A stretch of DNA of 64,000 nucleotides from an uncultured delta proteobacterium (lineage in GTDB: Bacteria; Myxococcota_A; UBA9160; UBA4427): contig CAWGJT010000006.1 in assembly GCA_963822965.1 (NCBI GenBank), forward strand, positions 576,001 to 640,000. The letters are read 5' to 3'. Position 1 is the stretch's first letter. Each line of letters begins with the position of its first letter. Below the pieces are notes generated by a model. It had not been told where the DNA came from and did not search any database. It saw nothing but the letters and a program-made list of their open reading frames with translations. A program made the position numbers and the translations under genes. Positions 31,015 to 39,720 of the stretch are shown here, piece by piece.

Positions 31015-31358
31015 CCCAGGTTCGCTTCGAACACGTCCTCGTCGAAGCCGACGAGGATCGTCCTGCCGGCGCGGATCGTCGGCGCGCGCAGGTTGCCGGT
31101 GGGGCCGAGCATGGCGTCCAACACGTCCTTGCCGGCCTTGCCGCCCGGGAACTCCGTCACCTTCCTGCCCTTGGCGACGATCACCCGCGTGGCGCTCGAC
31201 ACCAGCTCGGCCGCCTGCTTGCGGTCGAGCTTGCGGCTCGCCGGGACGACCTCCTTCGCTTCGATTCCATGCGCGTCCAGGAACTTGGACGCCCGGGTAC
31301 ACGTCGTTCAGCCCTTGCGGTAGTAGTACCAGTCGACCTGCTTCTTCCGGGATGCCAC
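31011..31358 (-). CDS. ArsC/Spx-like thioredoxin-fold selenoprotein (U17-x-x-C20), 115 aa
   Basis: RBS GAGGAGGGAG + GTG 31358; MASRKKQVDWYYYRKG-TGA(31308-31310)-TTCTRASKFLDAHGIE...LGPTGNLRAPTIRAGRTILVGFDE; the track ORF 31011..31202 is its C-terminal half. Confidence 0.85.
31268..31307 (-). promoter_or_regulatory. Candidate bacterial SECIS stem-loop immediately 3' of the UGA
   Basis: mRNA UGA-ACGA-CGUGU-ACCCGG-GCGUCCA-AGUUCC-UGGACGC-GCAUG: perfect 7-bp upper stem, G-containing loop starting 22 nt after UGA, possible lower stem CGUGU/GCAUG. Confidence 0.65.
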
Positions 31359-31383
31359 GGTGCTCCCTCCTCGGGATGCGAGC

Positions 31384-31941
31384 TTACCAGGCCGCCGAGC
31401 CGGGGCCGCCCTTGATGGGCCCGGCGAGATCCGGCGTCACCCACCCCCCGTAGTAGCCGCCGGGCTGGGGCGTCGCCCGGGTCTCTCCCAGCCAGCAGTC
31501 CGAGAGGCGGGCGGGATGGAAAGCGAGCCAGCCCCGAATGGCCTCGAACTCGGGATACGGGTCGGGGTAGCACCAGGCGGCGGCCTCGAGGACGTCGCCC
31601 GCCGCGAGGACGTCGAAGAGCCGCGCCCGACCCTTCCACTCGCAGAAGGAGACGCCGGCGTTCGGGGCCAGCCGCCCGAGGTCGACGTCGGCCGGGGGCA
31701 GGTAGAGGGTCGGCGCGCCCGCGGTCTCCAGCACACGCAGCGCGCGGGCGCTCTCCGCCACCGCCACGCCCCGGTGCGCCACCCGTACCCGGCGTGCCTC
31801 GGGCTCGATCCGGGGCGGCCGGGGGTAGTCCCAGACCGACTCCCGGCCCGGCGCCGGGGGCTCGGCCCAGCTCGGGCGCTCGCTGCCGGTAAAACGCCAG
31901 CGGCCGCGCGCGAGCAGGACGTCCCGACCGACGCTCTTCAA
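31384..31941 (-). CDS. DUF427 domain protein
   Basis: RESVWDYPRPP, LETAGAPTLYLP, SFCEWKGRA, AAWCYPDP, GGYYGGWVT; TTG 31941 after AAGGAGG. Confidence 0.88.
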   Translation of the reverse strand: MKSVGRDVLLARGRWRFTGSERPSWAEPPAPGRESVWDYPRPPRIEPEARRVRVAHRGVAVAESARALRVLETAGAPTLYLPPADVDLGRLAPNAGVSFCEWKGRARLFDVLAAGDVLEAAAWCYPDPYPEFEAIRGWLAFHPARLSDCWLGETRATPQPGGYYGGWVTPDLAGPIKGGPGSAAW

Positions 31942-32083
31942 TGCCGCCTCCTTCCGCTGCGCCGCCGGCTTCGGCTCCCGATCCGCCCCCCTCGACGGAG
32001 CGCCAGGTGCGGCTGGTGGCCCTCCGGCCTTCGTGCCAACATGCCGGACCGCATTCCAATCGCCAAGCCGAGGCACCAAGACC

Positions 32084-33088
32084 ATGAGCAAGACCGCCCT
32101 CGTCACGGGGGTCACGGGACAAGACGGCTCCTACCTGGCCGAGCTGCTGCTCGAGAAGGGCTATCGCGTGGTGGGCATGGCGCGCCGATCCACCCACTAC
32201 CGCCACCCGAACATCGAGCACCTGGTGGGCAGGATCGTCCTCGAGCACGGCGACCTGATCGACGCGGACTGCCTGGCGGGCATCCTCCAGCGCCACCAGC
32301 CCGACGAGGTCTACAACCTCGCCGCCCAGTCGGTGCCCGCGGACAGCTGGAGCCAGCCCATCGTCACCGGCGAGGTGACGGCTCTCGGCGCCCTGCGCAT
32401 GCTCGAGGCGGTTCGCCGCCACAAGCCCGACGCGCGCTTCTACCAGGCCACGAGCCGCGAGATCTTCGGGGGCGTGGAGCAGGAGGTGTGCGACGAGAAG
32501 ACGCCCTTCAAGGCCAACAATCCCTACGGCGTCGCCAAGCTCTACGCACACCTCATGACGCTCACCTATCGCGAGTCCTTCGACCTGTTCGCGTGCGGGG
32601 GCATCCTGTTCAACCACGAGAGCCCGCGGCGGAGCCTGCACTTCGTCACCCGCAAGGTGACGATGGCAGTGGCCTGCATCAAGCTCGGCGTGGCCGATCC
32701 GCCGGTGAACGAGGCCGGCGAGCCCCTCGTCCAGAACGGCATCGTGAAGCTCGGAAACCTCGACGCCGTCCGCGACTGGGGACACGCCCGCGAATACGTG
32801 GACGCCATGTGGCGCATGCTGCAGCAGGACAGCCCGCAGGACTACGTGATCGGTACGAACACCGCCTTCACGATCCGGGACCTGTGCCGCGTGGCCTTCG
32901 AGCACGCGGGGCTCGACTGGCAGAAGCACGTCGAGAGCGACGAGCGCTTCATGCGTCCCACCGAGATCGCCGCCTCACGGGGCGACTACGCCAGGGCCCG
33001 GGCCGACCTCGGCTGGGAGCCGAAGGTGAGCTTCGAGGACCTGGTGCGGGAGATGGTGGACGCCGACCTGCAGCAGCTCTCCCGCTAG
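32084..33088 (+). CDS. gmd: GDP-mannose 4,6-dehydratase
   Basis: ALVTGVTGQDGSYLAELLL, YNLAAQS, PYGVAKLY, GILFNHESPRR, FVTRKVT, LGNLDAVRDWGHA. Confidence 0.92.
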   Translation: MSKTALVTGVTGQDGSYLAELLLEKGYRVVGMARRSTHYRHPNIEHLVGRIVLEHGDLIDADCLAGILQRHQPDEVYNLAAQSVPADSWSQPIVTGEVTALGALRMLEAVRRHKPDARFYQATSREIFGGVEQEVCDEKTPFKANNPYGVAKLYAHLMTLTYRESFDLFACGGILFNHESPRRSLHFVTRKVTMAVACIKLGVADPPVNEAGEPLVQNGIVKLGNLDAVRDWGHAREYVDAMWRMLQQDSPQDYVIGTNTAFTIRDLCRVAFEHAGLDWQKHVESDERFMRPTEIAASRGDYARARADLGWEPKVSFEDLVREMVDADLQQLSR

Positions 33089-33174
33089 ACGCTCCGCGCG
33101 ACGGCACCCGGCGCGGACCCTCCCGCGCGGCGGAGCCACGCGCCGGCTCCGCCGCAGAAGAGGTCCCGTCGGCC

Positions 33175-33657
33175 CTACAGGGCCGCCAGAATCGAGTCCG
33201 CGTCGCTCACCTCGAACTTCATCGGCGCCTCGACGTTCAGCGTCTTGACGACGCCGTCCTCGACGACGGCCGCGAAGCGCTGGGCGCGGACGCCCATGCC
33301 GAACTTGCCGGCGTCGAAGTCGAGGCCGAGCGCCTTCGTGAAGGTGGCACTGCCGTCGGCCGCCATCAGCACGTCGTCGCCGGCCCCCTGGGCCTCGCCC
33401 CAGGCGCCCATCACGAATGCGTCGTTCACCGCCAGGCAGACGATCGTATCGACGCCCTTCGCCTTGATGTCCTTCGCCTTCTGCACGTAGCCGGGCAGGT
33501 GCTTGGCGGAGCAGACGGGCGTGAAGGCACCCGGCACCGCGAAGAGCACCACCTTCTTGCCCTTGAAGATCTCGTCCGTCGTCATGTCCTTGGGACCCTC
33601 GGACGTCGCAACCTTGAGGGTCGCCTCCGGAATCCGGTCTCCAACCTTGATCGCCAT
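33175..33657 (-). CDS. Peroxiredoxin (Prx5 type)
   Basis: VLFAVPGAFTPVCSAKHLPG, VNDAFVM, ADGSATFTK. Confidence 0.94.
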   Translation of the reverse strand: MAIKVGDRIPEATLKVATSEGPKDMTTDEIFKGKKVVLFAVPGAFTPVCSAKHLPGYVQKAKDIKAKGVDTIVCLAVNDAFVMGAWGEAQGAGDDVLMAADGSATFTKALGLDFDAGKFGMGVRAQRFAAVVEDGVVKTLNVEAPMKFEVSDADSILAAL

Positions 33658-33721
33658 GGTGGGGGTCATCTCCCGATCTTGGGTTCCCGACTGCGTGATG
33701 CCGGGGTGGGGGGCAATCGCC

Positions 33722-34753
33722 TCAGCTCGGATCTGCGAGCTTGAGGAGCTGCTTGCCCAGGTTCTTGCCTTCGAAGAGCCGCTGGAAGGTCCTGGGGACG
33801 TTCTCGAAGCCCTCCTGGATGTCTTCGGCGTGCACCAGCTCGCCCGACGCGATCCACTTCGACAGGTCGTCGATCGCCTCGCGGGCGCGGCCGAGGTAGT
33901 CGAGCAGCAGGAAGCCCTGCATGGTGCAGCGTCGGATCACGAGCTGCATGTAGTTGCGCGGGCCGGGCGGCGGCTCCTTCTCGTTGTAGCCGCTGATTCC
34001 GCCGCAGAGCGCGATGCGGCCGCCGATCGACATGTTGACGAGCACGGCGTCGAGGATATCGCCTCCCACGTTGTCGAAGTAGACGTCGACGCCGTCGCCG
34101 CACTCCTCGCGCAGGCGCCGCCGTACGTCCTCGTGCTTGTAGTCGATGGCCGCGGTGAAGCGCGCCTGCTCGGTGAGCCAACGACACTTCTCCGCGCCGC
34201 CGGCGATGCCGATCACCCGGGAGGCCCCCTGGATGCGTGCGATCTGGCCGGCCACCGAGCCCGTGGCGCCCGCCGCACCCGAGACCACCACCACGTCCCC
34301 CGCCTTCGGGCGGCCCACCTCGAGCATGCCGAAGTAGGCGGTGAGGCCCGTGCCGCCGAGGGCGGAGAGCACGAGGTAGGGCTCCACGCCGGCAGGCACC
34401 CGGGAGACGCCCCCGAGTGCGCCGGGCACGCTGCCCGAGGAGCAGTACTCCTGCCAGCCGAACATGCCGTGCACGAGATCGCCTTCGGCGAAGCCCGGGT
34501 CGTTGGATCGCACCACCTGCCCCACCGCCGAGGCGCGCATGACCTCGCCGAGGGCGACCGGCGGCATGTAGCTCTTCTCGTCGTTCAGCCAGCCGCGCAT
34601 GGCCGGCTCGAAGGCGAGATACAGGTTGCGGATCAGCACCTCCCCGGGGCCGGGCTCCGGCAGCGGTGCCTCCACGAGCCGGAAGTCGCTGGGCTGCACC
34701 ATTCCCACGGGGCGCCTGGCCAGGCACCACTGTCGATTCGTCTGGTCCGCCAT
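33722..34753 (-). CDS. NADP-dependent oxidoreductase (CurA / prostaglandin reductase-like MDR)
   Basis: LARRPVG, PAMRGW, TGLTAYFG, SGAAGATGS, YFDNVGG, CGGISGYN, GKNLGKQL. Confidence 0.92.
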   Translation of the reverse strand: MADQTNRQWCLARRPVGMVQPSDFRLVEAPLPEPGPGEVLIRNLYLAFEPAMRGWLNDEKSYMPPVALGEVMRASAVGQVVRSNDPGFAEGDLVHGMFGWQEYCSSGSVPGALGGVSRVPAGVEPYLVLSALGGTGLTAYFGMLEVGRPKAGDVVVVSGAAGATGSVAGQIARIQGASRVIGIAGGAEKCRWLTEQARFTAAIDYKHEDVRRRLREECGDGVDVYFDNVGGDILDAVLVNMSIGGRIALCGGISGYNEKEPPPGPRNYMQLVIRRCTMQGFLLLDYLGRAREAIDDLSKWIASGELVHAEDIQEGFENVPRTFQRLFEGKNLGKQLLKLADPS

Positions 34754-34879
34754 CCCGTCGCCTCTCCTCGCCCCTGCACCGAGCGTCCGCCCGTGTGCTC
34801 CTTTCTACCTTCTTTATCTGGCGGCCGCCCGGCCCCGCGCTCGGCGGACCGCCGCAGCCCGGTCACAGCGCGCCGCCCC

Positions 34880-34963
34880 GGCTGCGCGGACCCGGCTCAC
34901 TCTGGCTGCGCGGACCCGGCTCACTCTGGCTGCGCGGACCCGGCTCACTCTGGCTGCGCGGAC
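34880..34963. repeat. Perfect 24-bp tandem repeat (3.5 copies) containing the last codons and stop of the FG-GAP gene
   Basis: GGCTGCGCGGACCCGGCTCACTCT at 34880, 34904 and 34928, partial copy at 34952. Confidence 0.95.
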
Positions 34964-36589
34964 AGAGTCGGACGCACCACGGTCCCGGGCAGGCGCCCCA
35001 GATTCACCAGCAGGCGAACGGGCTGGTTGTCGCGCCGGGTGTTGAAGAGCACGAGGTCCGTCAGGCCGTCCCGGTTCAAGTCGCCCGGACGGATCTGGCC
35101 CTCGGTGTCCAGCTCCTGGCGAGCGCTGCGATTGGAATAGCCGTGCTCGCGGCTGCCCACGAAGATCTCGAGCTTCGTTCCGTCCGCCGACATGATGAAG
35201 TCGCGGAATCCGTCGCCGTTGAAGTCGTACTCCACCGTCGGGATGAAGCCCTTGGGACGCGAGGTCTGGAAGTCGAGGGGTACGCCGATCTTCACGTCGA
35301 ACCACGCCCGGTCCTCGCGCGGCGTGGCCGGCACCTGCGCGGGCTTCTCCAGCCCGTAGACGGCGAGGTGCGCGTCGAGCGCCTCCGTCAGGAAGATCTC
35401 GATCAGCTCCAGGACGCTGATGGGCACCCCGATGCGCATCAGGTCGAGCCGACCGTCGCCGTCGATGTCGATGAGCTGGTCCGCACCCAGCACCTTCGCG
35501 GTCTCGAAGCCGTAGTCGGGGGCATCGAGCTTCCAGCCGCTCCCGCGGTTGAAGTAGATGTACGTGTCGAAGCTGGCGTTCATGACGCCGCCCTTCGTCT
35601 CGGACAGGATGAGGTCCGCGAGGCCGTCCCGGTCGATGTCCTGGGCGGCGGTACGCACGGTGCCCGACCCCCGGATGTGGTCTTCGAACGTGATGCGGTT
35701 CAGCGCGAGGGTCTGCGAGGGCTCCCGGTCGAAGCTGCCGTCGGGCTTCTGGAGGAAGATGTCGATCATGTGCCGCGTCGAGGACGCGACGTCGGCCCGG
35801 CCGTCCCCGTCGATGTCCCCCACGGAGATGCGGGGTGCGTCGACGAAGCTCTGGATGTCGCTCTCGGAGATCATCAGCGACGACGGCTGGAGGAAGAAGT
35901 TGGCGCGCACGCGGGTGTGCAGTCTGCGCATGCAGGGTGCCGTCCGGTGCCAGCAGGAAGGTCTCTCCCATCCCCGGAGCCACGAGCCAGGGCTCGGGGC
36001 CGAAGCCGAACTCGGCGATCGGAAGTCGATCGAGCCCGCGCTCGTCGCTCGCCACGCCGATCGTGAGATCTTCGGGGATCGACGCCTCGCGCAGATGCGC
36101 CTCCAGGCGGCCGTCCTCCGCACGTCCGAAGGCGACGATGCCGATGCCGCGCGGGCGCAGCAGCAGGAGCTCGACGCCCGGCGTGTCGTCGATCTGCGCG
36201 AGATCGTACGCCGCGCTGTCCTTGGGAACGGGCATCTCCAGATCGGGCTTGTTGGAGATCGTGCCGTCGTCGGCCTGGAGGAACACGCGCAGCAGGCGGC
36301 GCTCGCGCGGCGGCATGTCGAACGTGACCGCGTGCAGCAGGTCCTGCCGTCCGTCTCCGTCGAGATCGACGAGCTCGGCGGTCACGGTGCGCCCCCGGCT
36401 CTCGAGGGTCTGCACCGAGAAGGGATCCGCTGCCCGGGCTGCGGCTGGCAGGCCCAGCGCCAGCAGGGCGGCCGCGCAGTGGCATGCCAGGACGGCCGGG
36501 AGCCGGGTGCGATTCGAGCGGGGACGGCCACACGCGCGGGCGCTCGCGCCGTAGCCAGCGTGGCAGCAGGATCCGGGTCGGGTCCGCAC
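34945..36589 (-). CDS. FG-GAP/VCBS repeat secreted protein, frameshifted near 35925 (start uncertain)
   Basis: Signal-like segment then DLDGDGRQD in ORF 34814..36589; continues in ORF 34945..36123 with DIDGDGRAD, DIDRDGLAD, DIDGDGRLD, DFNGDGFRD, DLNRDGLTD. Confidence 0.8.
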
Positions 36590-36660
36590 GCGCGCATGCT
36601 AGCAGGCCGGCCCGGGATGGGTCTGCCTTCGCCGCAACCGGCTTGCTCGAACGAATCCGG

Positions 36661-37455
36661 TCAGCCGGCGGCGCTCGAAGGACCCCGGTGCCGGCGGTAG
36701 ATCATCCGAACCCACTCGGCGCCGGGGTGATCCACCCAGCGTGCGAGCCAGTGCTCGAGCACGGGCGCCCGGGGCTTGGGGCTCTCGACCGTCCCGGGCG
36801 GCTCGACGCACGGGAAGAGCAGCGAAGCGGCCGCGAGGTCGGCCACCGTGAAGACGTCCCCCACCAGGTAGTCCGAGTCGCCTCCCCCCGCGGCGACGAA
36901 GTCGAGGGCGCGTTCCGTGGTCTCGAGGGCCCGCTCCACGGCGGCGCGCGACAGGTCGAGATCGCGCCTCATCAGGAGCTGTACCGCCGGAAAGAACGCC
37001 CGGTAGGCGGCACGCGTGAGCACCCCGCGGTCGAAGGTGAAGTGGCTCGCGAAGTAGCCCGGATCGGCCATCATCTCCGCGAAGCGCGCGCGCCGCACCG
37101 CGGGCCCCACCTCGGCGTCCAGCCATCGTTGCAGCTCCAGGGCCCGCTCCCGCTCGACGGGAGACGCCGGGTAGAGGCTCGGTCCGGGGTGTTCCTTCTC
37201 CAGGTGATCGATGATGGCGGCGGAGCCAGCCACTACCCGACCGCAGCAGCGGAGCACGGGCACCTGCCCCTGGCCCGAGAGGCGGTTCATCTTGAGCCGG
37301 TGCGGCCCGGGCAGCAGGGCGTGCCGGACGTGGGGAACCTGCTTGCGGTCGAGCGCCCAACGGGCCTTCTCGTTGAAGTGCGAGAGCGGAAAGTGGAAGA
37401 GCTCCGTGGGCAGGGTCGCGGCGGGAGCGACGGCGGATGCGGGAGGCGAGGTCAC
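36661..37455 (-). CDS. Glutathione S-transferase family protein
   Basis: SHFNEKARWALD, QVPVL, GSAAII, YLVGDVFTVADL. Confidence 0.9.
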   Translation of the reverse strand: MTSPPASAVAPAATLPTELFHFPLSHFNEKARWALDRKQVPHVRHALLPGPHRLKMNRLSGQGQVPVLRCCGRVVAGSAAIIDHLEKEHPGPSLYPASPVERERALELQRWLDAEVGPAVRRARFAEMMADPGYFASHFTFDRGVLTRAAYRAFFPAVQLLMRRDLDLSRAAVERALETTERALDFVAAGGGDSDYLVGDVFTVADLAAASLLFPCVEPPGTVESPKPRAPVLEHWLARWVDHPGAEWVRMIYRRHRGPSSAAG

Positions 37456-38258
37456 GGGCGCTCGTCCGCCTCGGAGCCGCCGGCCCGGCTCGGGCGAATC
37501 TCCGCCCCGGGCACGAAGCGCTGCCTCGCTTCCTCCAGACCTTCCAGGCTCCCGATGTCGAACCAGCCGCCGGGGATGCGCGCGGCGCGCACCTCGACCT
37601 GGTCCACCAGCCAGGCGATGAAGTGCCCGGGCGCGTCGGGATTGCCCCCCTCGGCGAGGTAGCGGCGAAGGGCGGCGGCCGCTGCCGCGGGCAGGAAGTA
37701 GAGGGCGATGGCCACGAGATCGGAGCGCGGGTCCCGGGGCTTCTCGCGAAAGCGCTCGACCCGTCCGGAATCGTCGACCATTACCTCATTGTACTGCGAG
37801 GGGCCGCGCGGGCGCTCCACCTCGCGCACCGCCAGCAAGGGCTTGCGATGTCCCGGAGCACCGGTCGCCAGGAAGGACCGCTGGAGCGGGCGCAGGTCGA
37901 AGGCGAGCAGGTTGTCGCCCGCCGCCACGAGCCAGTCCTCGCCGGCCGTCGGAACCTCCGACAACGCGAAGGCCAGATCGCCGATGGCGCCCAGCTTGTC
38001 GTCGTCGCTCGTCGAGCCGTCGTTCAGCACGCGCACGGGAACCGGGACGCGCTGCACGCCCTGCCACGCCTCGAACGCTCCGGCGAAGCGCGCGTTGGCG
38101 ACCACGATCACCTCGCTCACGTCGCGGAGCGTCAGCACGCGAGCCAGGATGTGGGTGAGGATGGGAGCACCCGCCACCTCGAGCAGGGGCTTCGCTCGGG
38201 TTCGCGTGAGCGGGTACATGCGCGTCGCGTAGCCCGCCGCCAGCAGGTAGACCTTCAC
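37452..38258 (-). CDS. Sugar-phosphate nucleotidyltransferase (NTP_transferase)
   Basis: (M)KVYLLAAGYATRMYPLT...KPLL, NDG....DDKLGAIGDL, AAGDNL, FREKP, WFDIGS; GTGA overlaps at both ends. Confidence 0.92.
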   Translation of the reverse strand: MKVYLLAAGYATRMYPLTRTRAKPLLEVAGAPILTHILARVLTLRDVSEVIVVANARFAGAFEAWQGVQRVPVPVRVLNDGSTSDDDKLGAIGDLAFALSEVPTAGEDWLVAAGDNLLAFDLRPLQRSFLATGAPGHRKPLLAVREVERPRGPSQYNEVMVDDSGRVERFREKPRDPRSDLVAIALYFLPAAAAAALRRYLAEGGNPDAPGHFIAWLVDQVEVRAARIPGGWFDIGSLEGLEEARQRFVPGAEIRPSRAGGSEADERP

Positions 38259-39337
38259 GCACGCCCTCCCCCGGCGACTGCGACCGCGCCCGGCTCGCCC
38301 GGCTCCACGCACTCGGCGATGCGTTCGACGGCGGGCGCCGGCGTCGGCCGCAGGAATTCGAAGCCCGCCTCCCGATAGCTCGCGGCCAGCCCTTCCAGCC
38401 GTGCCTCGGCGTCGCCCGGTCCCGGCGTCCCGACCACGGCCCCGCCGGACCCGCACAGCTTCGCCGCTGCCTCCTGGCCGGCGGCGATGGCCACCATGCG
38501 CCGATCCCGCTCGGCCACGTCGAAGATCGAGGTGCGCAGCTCGAAGTTGCGCCGCACGAGGTCGCGGAAGCCGCCCCGGTCTCCCGCCTGCAGGCAGGCG
38601 ACACCCGCGTCCACCAGCGCGCGCAGCTCGCCGATCACGCGCAGCACGTCCGGGTCGCCCGCCAGCCAGCGCGCGCGCAGGGTGCCGTGCGCACGTCCGG
38701 AGGACTCTCCTCCCCGGGGATCCCAGGCCAGGAAGAGCGGGGGCAGCACCGCGGGATCCAGACGCTCGTACGAGGCCGGCCCGCGCGGCTCGGCGAGATC
38801 CATCACCATCAAGCCGCCATGCGCCTGGATGACCCGGTCCATCGCCCCCGCCGCGATCCCCAGCTCGTCGAGCTCGGCCGCCAGGGCGACCTCGGCCAGG
38901 CGCGCCGGCTCGAGCTCCACCCCGAACCAACCGCACAGGACCCGGAGCGTCGCCGTGACGATGGCGCTCGAGCCCGCGAGCCCGACCTGACGCGGGACGT
39001 CCGTCTCGTAGCGCAGCGTGAAGCGCAGGCGCGGGTCGCCGTCGTGCAGGGCGGCGAACCCCGGCCAGGCGAGCGCAAAGCGGCGCAGCGCCGCCCGCAT
39101 CAGCCGCAGGCCGTCGTCACAGCCCGTCGCCGCGAACGCGTCGACGGCCTCCCGCGCCGACCCGAAGGCCATGCCGTCGCTGGCGCCGGGGATCAGCGCG
39201 AATCGCTCCGCCGGGGCGACGCCGACCCGCGCCCGGAAGTCCGCCACCGCCAGGGCAATGGCCTTCCCGCCATACCCGTCCGAGGGATTTCCGAGCAGCC
39301 CGGCCCGGGAGAAGGCTGTCGCAAGCAGAGGCTGCAT
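38255..39337 (-). CDS. GHMP kinase, glucuronokinase-like
   Basis: RAGLLGNPSDGYGGK, YETDVPRQVGLAGSSAI, ELGIAAGAMDRVIQ, NFELR, KLCGSGGAVV. Confidence 0.85.
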   Translation of the reverse strand: MQPLLATAFSRAGLLGNPSDGYGGKAIALAVADFRARVGVAPAERFALIPGASDGMAFGSAREAVDAFAATGCDDGLRLMRAALRRFALAWPGFAALHDGDPRLRFTLRYETDVPRQVGLAGSSAIVTATLRVLCGWFGVELEPARLAEVALAAELDELGIAAGAMDRVIQAHGGLMVMDLAEPRGPASYERLDPAVLPPLFLAWDPRGGESSGRAHGTLRARWLAGDPDVLRVIGELRALVDAGVACLQAGDRGGFRDLVRRNFELRTSIFDVAERDRRMVAIAAGQEAAAKLCGSGGAVVGTPGPGDAEARLEGLAASYREAGFEFLRPTPAPAVERIAECVEPGEPGAVAVAGGGRA

Positions 39338-39462
39338 GGCCAGGGAAGCTATCCAGCGCGGCGACTCCGCGCGAGGACGGACGCGCCTCGTCTCGCGCCC
39401 GGGTGCTGCTACGTTGATCGGCCCCGATCCGATGCCCGGGTCGGGCTCCCCCAGGAGACGAG

Positions 39463-39672
39463 ATGCCCGACCACATCTACAAGACCGTCGAGCTCACCGG
39501 TTCCTCGTCGGTGAGCACCGACGACGCGGTCCAGAAGGCGATCGCGCGCGCCTCGAAGACGCTCCACCAGCTCCGCTGGTTCGAGATCGGCCAGGTGCGC
39601 GGTCAGATCGAGGACGGTCGCGTCGCCCACTGGCAGGTGACGCTCAAGGTGGGCTTCACCCTCGAGGAGTGA
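39463..39672 (+). CDS. Dodecin (flavin-binding)
   Basis: [12 protein letters not shown]...[14 protein letters not shown]...WQVTLKVGF. Confidence 0.95.
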   Translation: MPDHIYKTVELTGSSSVSTDDAVQKAIARASKTLHQLRWFEIGQVRGQIEDGRVAHWQVTLKVGFTLEE

Positions 39673-39720
39673 GCGCCCGGCGGCTCCGACCGCGCGGCCA
39701 GTGCGGCTCCGACCGGGCGA

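Noticed and set aside
31011..31202. Stand-alone 63-aa ORF, or a nonsense pseudogene
   Set aside because: The upstream in-frame segment has a strong RBS, the TGA falls exactly at a CxxC position and a SECIS-like hairpin follows, so recoding explains it better.
33175..33657. Second selenoprotein (peroxiredoxin)
   Set aside because: The peroxidatic residue is encoded by TGC (Cys); no in-frame TGA.
34897..34947. Selenocysteine read-through of the repeated in-frame TGA codons after the FG-GAP gene
   Set aside because: No redox motif or Cys-equivalent context; fully explained by tandem duplication of the gene end.
34880..34963. Possible CRISPR array
   Set aside because: Repeats are directly adjacent with no unique spacers and there are no cas genes; the same applies to 6142-6205.
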